This document shows, in pieces, positions 54,901 to 64,000 of a DNA stretch of 64,000 bases (the stretch's first letter is position 1; each line of letters opens with the position of its first letter). The notes under the pieces were generated by a model. That model saw only the letters and a list, made by a program, of their open reading frames with translations, was not told the origin of the DNA and did not search any database. The stretch comes from Auanema rhodensis (Eukaryota; Animalia; Nematoda), in contig OZ059898.1 in NCBI GenBank assembly GCA_964057225.1, positions 19,902,001-19,966,000 on the forward strand, read 5' to 3'. The translations under genes were made by a program, and so were the position numbers.

Positions 54901-56565
54901 ATTTTGACAAAAATTTTTCCGAAAAATTTCAAAATAATTTCGCAAAAAGTAGATGTTTTTAGATTTTTTTTTTCAAGGCAAAGACGATGGACAAGGTTAT
55001 TCAACGAAAAAATTAATTCTTCAGGGTGAAAATCGAGGATATAAGTGTGAACATATATCAGTTGATATCTCGGTGCATTTTTAAGCTAGCGCAAATCTGA
55101 TAACACAGATCGATGCAGCTTAAAAATCCGCATCGAATGCACTATACTACATTGAGAAACGCTTAATACAAAAATTAGTTATGATCGTTTGGAAAATGAT
55201 GCATTAGTGTATGTTGAGTTTCCATGTACACTCAACATTGCTTCCAAAAACATTTTGACAAAAATTTTTCCGAAAAATTTCAAAATAATTTTGCAAAAAG
55301 TAGATGTTTTTAGATTTTTTTTTTCAAGGCAAAGACGATGGACAAGGTTATTCAACGAAAAAATTAATTCTTCAGGGTGAAAATCGAGGATATAAGTGTG
55401 AACTTATATCAGTTGATATCTCGGTGCATTTTTAAGCTAGCGCAAATCTGATAACTCAGATCGATGCAGCTTAAAAATCCGCATCGAATGCACTATACTA
55501 CATTGAGAAACGCTTGATACAAAAATTAGTTATGATCGTTTGAAAAATGATGCATTAGTGTATTTTGAGTTTCCATGTACACTCAACATTGCTTCCAAAA
55601 ACATTTTGACAAAAATTTTTCCGAAAAATTTCAAAATAATTTCGCAAAAAGTAGATGTTTTTAGATTTTTTTTTTCAAGGCAAAGACGATGGACAATGTT
55701 ATTCAACGAAAAAATTAATTCTTCAGGGTGAAAATCGAGGATATAAGTGTGAACTTATATCAGTTGATATCTCGGTGCATTTTTAAGCTACCGCAAATCC
55801 GATAACACAGATCGACGCAGCTTAAAAATCCGCATCGAATGCACTATACTACATTGAGAAACGCTTGATACAAAAATTAGTTATGATCGTTTGAAAAATG
55901 ATGCATTAGTGTATTTTGAGTTTCCATGTACACTCAACATTGCTTCCAAAAACATTTTGACAAAAATTTTTCCGAAAAATTTCAAAATAATTTCGCAAAA
56001 AGTAGATGTTTTTAGATTTTTTTTTTCAAGGCAAAGACGATGGACAAGGTTATTCAACGAAAAAATTAATTCTTCAGGGTGAAAATCGAGGATATAAGTG
56101 TGAACATATATCAGTTGATATCTCGGTGCATTTTTAAGCTAGCGCAAATCTGATAACACAGATCGATGCAGCTTAAAAATCCGCATCGAATGCACTATAC
56201 TACATTGAGAAACGCTTGATACAAAAATTAGTTATGATCGTTTGAAAAATGATGCATTAGTGTATTTTGAGTTTCCATGTACACTCAACATTGCTTCCAA
56301 AAACATTTTGACAAAAATTTTTCCGAAAAATTTCGAAATAATTTCGCAAAAAGTAGATGTTTTTAGATTTTTTTTTTCAAGGCAAAGACGATGGACAAGG
56401 TTATTCAACGAAAAAATTGATTCTTCCGGGTGAAAATCGAGGATATAAGTGTGAACTTATATCAGTTGATATCTCAGTGCATTTTTCAGCTAGCGCAAAT
56501 CTGATAACACAGATCGACGCAGCTTAAAAATCCGCATCGAATGCACTATACTACATTGAGAAACG
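49540..56565. repeat. Tandem duplication of a 10-monomer (3513-bp) block, two copies
   Basis: Markers recur at +3513: TTTCGAAAT 52822/56335, GCTACCGCAAATCCG ~52278/55791, GCACATTTG 50176/53689 and 51230/54743. Confidence 0.9.
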
Positions 56566-59500
56566 CTTGATACAAAAATTAGTTATGATCGTTTGAAAAA
56601 TGATGCATTAGTGTATTTTGAGTTTCCATGTACACTCAACATTGCTTCCAAAAACATTTTGACAAAAATTTTTCCGAAAAATTTCAAAATAATTTCGCAA
56701 AAAGTAGATGTTTTTAGATTTTTTTTTTCAAGGCAAAGACGATGGACAAGGTTATTCAACGAAAAAATTAATTCTTCAGGGTGAAAATCGAGGATATAAG
56801 TGTGAACTTATATCAGTTGATATCTCGGTGCATTTTTAAGCTAGCGCAAATCTGATAACACAGATCGATGCAGCTTAAAAATCCGCATCGAATGCACTAT
56901 ACTACATTGAGAAACGCTTGATACAAAAATTAGTTATGATCGTTTGAAAAATGATGCATTAGTGTATTTTGAGTTTCCATGTACACTCAACATTGCTTCC
57001 AAAAACATTTTGACAAAAATTTTTCCGAAAAATTTCAAAATAATTTCGCAAAAAGTAGATGTTTTTAGATTTTTTTTTATCAAGGCAAAGACGATGGACA
57101 ATGTTATTCAACGAAAAAATTAATTCTTCAGGGTGAAAATCGAGGATATAAGTGTGAACTTATATCAGTTGATATCTCGGTGCATTTTCAAGCTAGCGCA
57201 AATCTAATAACACAGATCGACGCAGCTTAAAAATCTGCATCGAATGCACTATACTACATTGAGAAACGCTTAATACAAAAATTAGTTATGATCGTTTGGA
57301 AAATGATGCATTAGTGTATGTTGAGTTTCCATGTACACTCAACATTGCTTCCAAAAACATTTTGACAAAAATTTTTCCGAAAAATTTCAAAATAATTTTG
57401 CAAAAAGTAGATGTTTTTAGATTTTTTTTTTCAAGGCAAAGACGATGGACAAGGTTATTCAACGAAAAAATTAATTCTTCAGGGTGAAAATCGAGGATAT
57501 AAGTGTGAACTTATATCAGTTGATATCTCGGTACATTTTTAAGCTAGCGCAAATCTGATAACTCAGATCGATGCAGCTTAAAAATCCGCATCGAATGCAC
57601 TATACTACATTGAGAAACGCTTGATACAAAAATTAGTTATGATCGTTTGAAAAATGATGCATTAGTGTATTTTGAGTTTCCATGTACACTCAACATTGCT
57701 TCCAAAAACATTTTGACAAAAATATTTCCGAAAAATTTCAAAATAATTTCGCAAGAAGTAGATGTTTTTAGATTTTTTTTTTCAAGGCAAAGACGATGGA
57801 CAATGTTATTCAACGAAAAAATTAATTCTTCAGGGTGAAAATCGATGATATAAGTGTGAACTTATATCAGTTGATATCTCGGTGCATTTTTAAGCTACCG
57901 CAAATCTGATAACACAGATCGACGCAGCTTAAAAATCCGCATCGAATGCACTATACTACATTGAGAAACGCTTGATACAAAAATTAGTTATGATCGTTTG
58001 AAAAATGATGCATTAGTGTATTTTGAGTTTCCATGTACACTCAACATTGCTTCCAAAAACATTTTGACAAAAATTTTTCCGAAAAATTTCAAAATAATTT
58101 CGCAAAAAGTAGATGTTTTTAGATTTTTTTTTTCAAGGCAAAGACGATGGACAAGGTTATTCAACGAAAAAATTAATTCTTCAGGGTGAAAATCGAGGAT
58201 ATAAGTGTGAACATATATCAGTTGATATCTCGGTGCATTTTTAAGCTAGCGCAAATCTGATAACACAGATCGATGCAGCTTAAAAATCCGCATCGAATGC
58301 ACTATACTACATTGAGAAACGCTTGATACAAAAATTAGTTATGATCGTTTGAAAATGATGCATTAGTGTATTTTGAGTTTCCATGTACACTCAACATTGC
58401 TTCCAAAAACATTTTGACAAAAATTTTTCCGAAAAATTTCAAAATAATTTCGCAAAAAGTAGATGTTTTTAGATTTTTTTTTCAAGGCAAAGACGATGGA
58501 CAAGGTTATTCAACGAAAAATTTAATTCTTCAGGGTGAAAATCGAGGATATAAGTGTGAACTTATATCAGTTTATATCTCGGTGCATTTTCAAGCTAGCG
58601 CAAATCTAATAACACAGATCGACGCAGCTTAAAAATTCGCATCGAATGCACTATACTACATTGAGAAACGCTTGATACAAAAATTAGTTATGATCGTTTG
58701 AAAAATGATGCATTAGTGTATTTTGAGTTTCCATGTACACTCAACATTGCTTCCAAAAACATTTTGACAAAATTTTTTTCGAAAAATTTCAAAATAATTT
58801 CGCAAACAGTAGATGTTTTTAGATTTTTTTTTTCAAGGCAAAGACGATGGACGATGTTATTCAACAAAAAAATTAATTCTTCAGGGTGAAAATCGAGGAT
58901 ATAAGTGTGAACTTATATCAGTTGATATCTCGGTGCATTTTTAAGCTAGCGCAAATCTGATAACACAGATCGACGCAGCTTAAAAATCCGCATCGAATGC
59001 ACTATACTACATTGAGAAACGCTTGATACAAAAATTAGTTACGATCGTTTGAAAATGATGCATTAGTGTATTTTGAGTTTCCATGTACACTCAACATTGC
59101 TTCCAAAACATTTTGACAAAAATTTTTCCGAAAAATTTCAAAATAATTTTGCAAAAAGTAGATGTTTTTAGATTTTTTTTTCAAGGCAAAGACGATGGAC
59201 AAGGTTATTCAACGAAAAAATTAATTCTTCAGGGTGAAAATCGAGGATATAAGTGTGAACTTATATCAGTTTATATCTCGGTGCATTTTCAAGCTAGCGC
59301 AAATCTAATAACACAGATCGACGCAGCTTAAAAATCCGCATCGAATGCACTATACTACATTGAGAAACGCTTGATACAAAAATTAGTTATGATCGTTTGA
59401 AAAATGATGCATTAGTGTATTTTGAGTTTCCATGTACACTCAACATTGCTTCCAAAAACATTTTGACAAAATTTTTTTCGAAAAATTTCAAAATAATTTC

Positions 59501-61850
59501 GCAAACAGTAGATGTTTTTAGATTTTTTTTTCCAAGGCAAAGACGATGGACGATGTTATTCAACAAAAAAATTAATTCTTCAGGGTGAAAATCGAGGATA
59601 TAAGTGTGAACTTATATCAGTTGATATCTCGGTGCATTTTTAAGCTAGCGCAAATCTGATAACACAGATCGACGCAGCTTAAAAATCCGCATCGAATGCA
59701 CTATACTACATTGAGAAACGCTTGATACAAAAATTAGTTACGATCGTTTGAAAATGATGCATTAGTGTATTTTGAGTTTCCATGTACACTCAACATTGCT
59801 TCCAAAACATTTTGACAAAAATTTTTCCGAAAAATTTCAGAATAATTTTGCAAAAAGTAGATGTTTTTAGATTTTTTTTTTCAAGGCAAAGACGATGGAC
59901 AAGGTTATTCAACGAAAAAATTAATTCTTCAGGGTGAAAATCGAGGATATAAGTGTGAACTTATATCAGTTGATATCTCGGTGCATTTTTAAGCTAGCGC
60001 AAATCTGATAACACAGATCGACGCAGCTTAAAAATCCGCATCGAAAGCACTATACTACATTGAGAAACGCTTGATACAAAAATTAGTTATGATCGTTTGA
60101 AAAATGATGCATTAGTGTATTTTGAGTTTCCATGTACACTCAACATTGCTTCCAAAAACATTTTGACAAAAATTTTTCCGAAAAATTTCAAAATAATTTC
60201 GCAAAAAGTAGATGTTTTTAGATTTTTTTTTTCAAGGCAAAGACGATGGACAAGGTTATTCAACGAAAAAATTGATTCTTCCGGGTGAAAATCGAGGATA
60301 TAAGTGTGAACTTATATCAGTTGATATCTCAGTGCATTTTTCAGCTAGCGCAAATCTGATAACACAGATCGACGCAGCTTAAAAATCCGCATCGAATGCA
60401 CTATACTACATTGAGAAACGCTTGATACAAAAATTAGTTATGATCGTTTGAAAAATGATGCATTAGTGTATTTTGAGTTTCCATGTACACTCAACATTGC
60501 TTCCAAAAACATTTTGACAAAAATTTTTCCGAAAAATTTCAAAATAATTTCGCAAAAAGTAGATGTTTTTAGATTTTTTTTTATCAAGGCAAAGACGATG
60601 GACAATGTTATTCAACGAAAAAATTAATTCTTCAGGGTGAAAATCGAGGATATAAGTGTGAACTTATATCAGTTGATTTCTCGGTGCATTTTCAAGCTAG
60701 CGCAAATCTAATAACACAGATCGACGTAGCTTAAAAATGCGCATCGAATGCACTATACTACATTGAGAAACGCTTGATACAAAAATTAGTTATGATCGTT
60801 TGAAAATGATGCATTAGTGTATTTTGAGTTTCCATGTACACTCAACATTGCTTCCAAAAACATTTTGACAAAAATTTTTCCGAAAAATTTCAAAATAATT
60901 TCGCAAAAAGTAGATGTTTTTAGATTTTTTTTTCAAGGCAAAGACGATGGACAAGGTTATTCAACGAAAAAATTAATTCTTCAGGGTGAAAATCGAGGAT
61001 ATAAGTGTGAACTTATATCAGTTTATATCTCGGTGCATTTTCAAGCTAGCGCAAATCTAATAACACAGATCGACGCAGCTTAAAAATCCGCATCGAATGC
61101 ACTATACTACATTGAGAAACGCTTGATACAAAAATTAGTTATGATCGTTTGAAAAATGATGCATTAGTGTATTTTGAGTTTCCATGTACACTCAACATTG
61201 CTTCCAAAAACATTTTGACAAAAATTTTTCCGAAAAATTTCAAAATAATTTCGCAAAAAGTAGATGTTTTTAGATTTTTTTTTTCAAGGCAAAGACGATG
61301 GACAAGGTTATTCAACGAAAAAATTGATTCTTCCGGGTGAAAATCGAGGATATAAGTGTGAACTTATATCAGTTGATATCTCAGTGCATTTTTCAGCTAG
61401 CGCAAATCTGATAACACAGATCGACGCAGCTTAAAAATCCGCATCGAATGCACTATACTACATTGAGAAACGCTTGATACAAAAATTAGTTATGATCGTT
61501 TGAAAAATGATGCATTAGTGTATTTTGAGTTTCCATGTACACTCAACATTGCTTCCAAAAACATTTTGACAAAAATTTTTCCGAAAAATTTCAAAATAAT
61601 TTCGCAAAAAGTAGATGTTTTTAGATTTTTTTTTTCAAGGCAAAGACGATGGACAAGGTTATTCAACGAAAAAATTAATTCTTCAGGGTGAAAATCGAGG
61701 ATATAAGTGTGAACATATATCAGTTGATATCTCGGTGCATTTTTAAGCTAGCGCAAATCTGATAACACAGATCGATGCAGCTTAAAAATCCGCATCGAAT
61801 GCACTATACTACATTGAGAAACGCTTGATACAAAAATTAGTTATGATCGT

Positions 61851-63954
61851 TTGAAAAATGATGCATTAGTGTATTTTGAGTTTCCATGTACACTCAACAT
61901 TGCTTCCAAAAACATTTTGACAAAAATTTTTCCGAAAAATTTCAAAATAATTTCGCAAAAAGTAGATGTTTTTAGATTTTTTGTTCAAGGCAAAGACGAT
62001 GGACAAGGTTATTCAACGAAAAAATTGATTCTTCCGGGTGAAAATCGAGGATATAAGTGTGAACTTATATCAGTTGATATCTCAGTGCATTTTTCAGTTA
62101 GCGCAAATCTGATAACACAGATCGACGCAGCTTAAAAATCCGCATCGAATGCACTATACTACATTGAGAAACGCTTGATACAAAAATTAGTTATGATCGT
62201 TTGAAAAATGATGCATTAGTGTATTTTGAGTTTCCATGTACACTCAACATTGCTTCCTAAAACATTTTGACAAAAATTTTTCCGAAAAATTTCAAAATAA
62301 TTTCGCAAAAAGTAGATGTTTTTAGATTTTTTGTTCAAGGCAAAGACGATGGACAAGGTTATTCAACGAAAAAATTAATTCTTCAGGGTGAAAATCGAGG
62401 ATATAAGTGTGAACATATATCAGTTGATATCTCGGTGCATTTTTAAGCTAGCGCAAATCTGATAACACAGATCGATGCAGCTTAAAAATCCGCATCGAAT
62501 GCACTATACTACATTGAGAAACGCTTGATACAAAAATTAGTTATGATCGTTTGAAAAATGATGCATTAGTGTATTTTGAGTTTCCATGTACACTCAACAT
62601 TGCTTCCAAAAACATTTTGACAAAAATTTTTCCGAAAAATTTCAAAATAATTTCGCAAAAAGTAGATGTTTTTAGATTTTTTTTCATCAAGGCAAAGACG
62701 ATGGACAATGTTATTCAACGAAAAAATTAATTCTTCAGGGTGAGAATCGAGGATATAAGTGTGAACTTATATCAGTTGATATCTCGGTGCATTTTCAAGC
62801 TAGCCCAAATCTGATAACACAGATCGATGCAGCTTAAAAATCCGCATCGAATGCACTATACTACATTGAGAAACGCTTGATACAAAAATTAGTTATGATC
62901 GTTTGAAAAATGATGCATTAGTGTATTTTGAGTTTCCATGTACACTCAACATTGCTTCCAAAAACATTTTGACAAAAATTTTTCCGAAAAATTTCAAAAT
63001 AATTTCGCAAAAAGTAGATGTTTTTAGATTTTTTGTTCAAGGCAAAGACGATGGACAAGGTTATTCAACGAAAAAATTGATTCTTCCGGGTGAAAATCGA
63101 GGATATAAGTGTGAACTTATATCAGTTGATATCTCAGTGCATTTTTCAGTTAGCGCAAATCTGATAACACAGATCGACGCAGCTTAAAAATCCGCATCGA
63201 ATGCACTATACTACATTGAGAAACGCTTGATACAAAAATTAGTTATGATCGTTTGAAAAATGATGCATTAGTGTATTTTGAGTTTCCATGTACACTCAAC
63301 ATTGCTTCCTAAAACATTTTGACAAAAATTTTTCCGAAAAATTTCAAAATAATTTCGCAAAAAGTAGATGTTTTTAGATTTTTTGTTCAAGGCAAAGACG
63401 ATGGACAAGGTTATTCAACGAAAAAATTAATTCTTCAGGGTGAAAATCGAGGATATAAGTGTGAACATATATCAGTTGATATCTCGGTGCATTTTTAAGC
63501 TAGCGCAAATCTGATAACACAGATCGATGCAGCTTAAAAATCCGCATCGAATGCACTATACTACATTGAGAAACGCTTGATACAAAAATTAGTTATGATC
63601 GTTTGAAAAATGATGCATTAGTGTATTTTGAGTTTCCATGTACACTCAACATTGCTTCCAAAAACATTTTGACAAAAATTTTTCCGAAAAATTTCAAAAT
63701 AATTTCGCAAAAAGTAGATGTTTTTAGATTTTTTTTCATCAAGGCAAAGACGATGGACAATGTTATTCAACGAAAAAATTAATTCTTCAGGGTGAAAATC
63801 GAGGATATAAGTGTGAACTTATATCAGTTGATATCTCGGTGCATTTTCAAGCTAGCGCAAATCTAATAACACAGATCGACGCAGCTTAAAAATCTGCATC
63901 GAATGCACTATACTACATTGAGAAACGCTTAATACAAAAATTAGTTATGATCGT
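61851..63954. repeat. Tandem duplication of a 3-monomer (1052-bp) block
   Basis: TTGTTCAAGG, TTCAGTTAGC, CTTCCTAAA and TTCATCAAGG recur at +1052 (monomer starts 61851/62903). Confidence 0.88.
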
Positions 63955-64000
63955 TTGGAAAATGATGCATTAGTGTATGTTGAGTTTCCATGTACACTCA

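Larger units (their letters stand above)
1..64000. repeat. Satellite DNA array, ~351-bp AT-rich monomer, ~182 head-to-tail copies running off both ends of the window
   Basis: The same unit (TTGAAAAATGATGCATTAG...GTTATGATCGT) recurs every 349-355 bp, e.g. starts at 118, 469, 819, 22203, 22554, 22905, 61149, 61500, 61851. Copies differ only by scattered SNPs and 1-4 bp indels. I saw no inversions or foreign inserts. Confidence 0.99.
30919..64000. repeat. Subfamily domain II (alleles GAACATAT, ATCGATGC, TTCCGGG, CTCAGTG, TTTGGAAA, TTATCAAGG, AATCTGC)
   Basis: These alleles are common from ~30.9 kb onward and almost absent before it. All monomers here read ACACTC. Confidence 0.85.

Noticed and set aside
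118-63187. Repeated 63-94 aa ORFs (MKNDALVYFEF...)
   Set aside because: Most start at TTG. The K/F/I/N-rich composition simply reflects A/T tracts. Frames are freely broken or fused by homopolymer indels and stop codons between copies, and I recognise no domain. They are a by-product of the repeat.
1-64000. CRISPR array or integron-like cassette array
   Set aside because: There are no unique spacers or cassettes: the entire 351 bp repeats, and no cas or integrase gene is present.

Overview
The whole 64 kb window is one uninterrupted, head-to-tail, single-orientation tandem array of a ~351-bp AT-rich monomer. It holds about 182 copies of 349-355 bp, with ~32% GC by hand count of one monomer. 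It reads as eukaryotic satellite DNA, probably (peri)centromeric or heterochromatic; I cannot name the family or organism. I see no credible genes, RNA genes, transposon insertions or CRISPR. The ORF track is the same spurious TTG-started frame repeated once per monomer. The information lies in two layers. (1) Each monomer is packed with dyad symmetry: a ~69-nt imperfect hairpin, a perfect 9-bp stem with a GNRA-type GTGA loop overlapping an alternative palindrome, and a 35-bp A/T palindrome. (2) Diagnostic SNPs and indels record the array's history: two subfamily domains with a sharp boundary near 30.7-30.9 kb, an 11-monomer divergent island at 8.2-12.0 kb, nested 3-mer/10-mer/18-mer duplications whose order can be inferred, a recombinant monomer, short patches carrying the other domain's alleles, and recurrent CpG transitions. 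All coordinates and offsets were worked out by eye.
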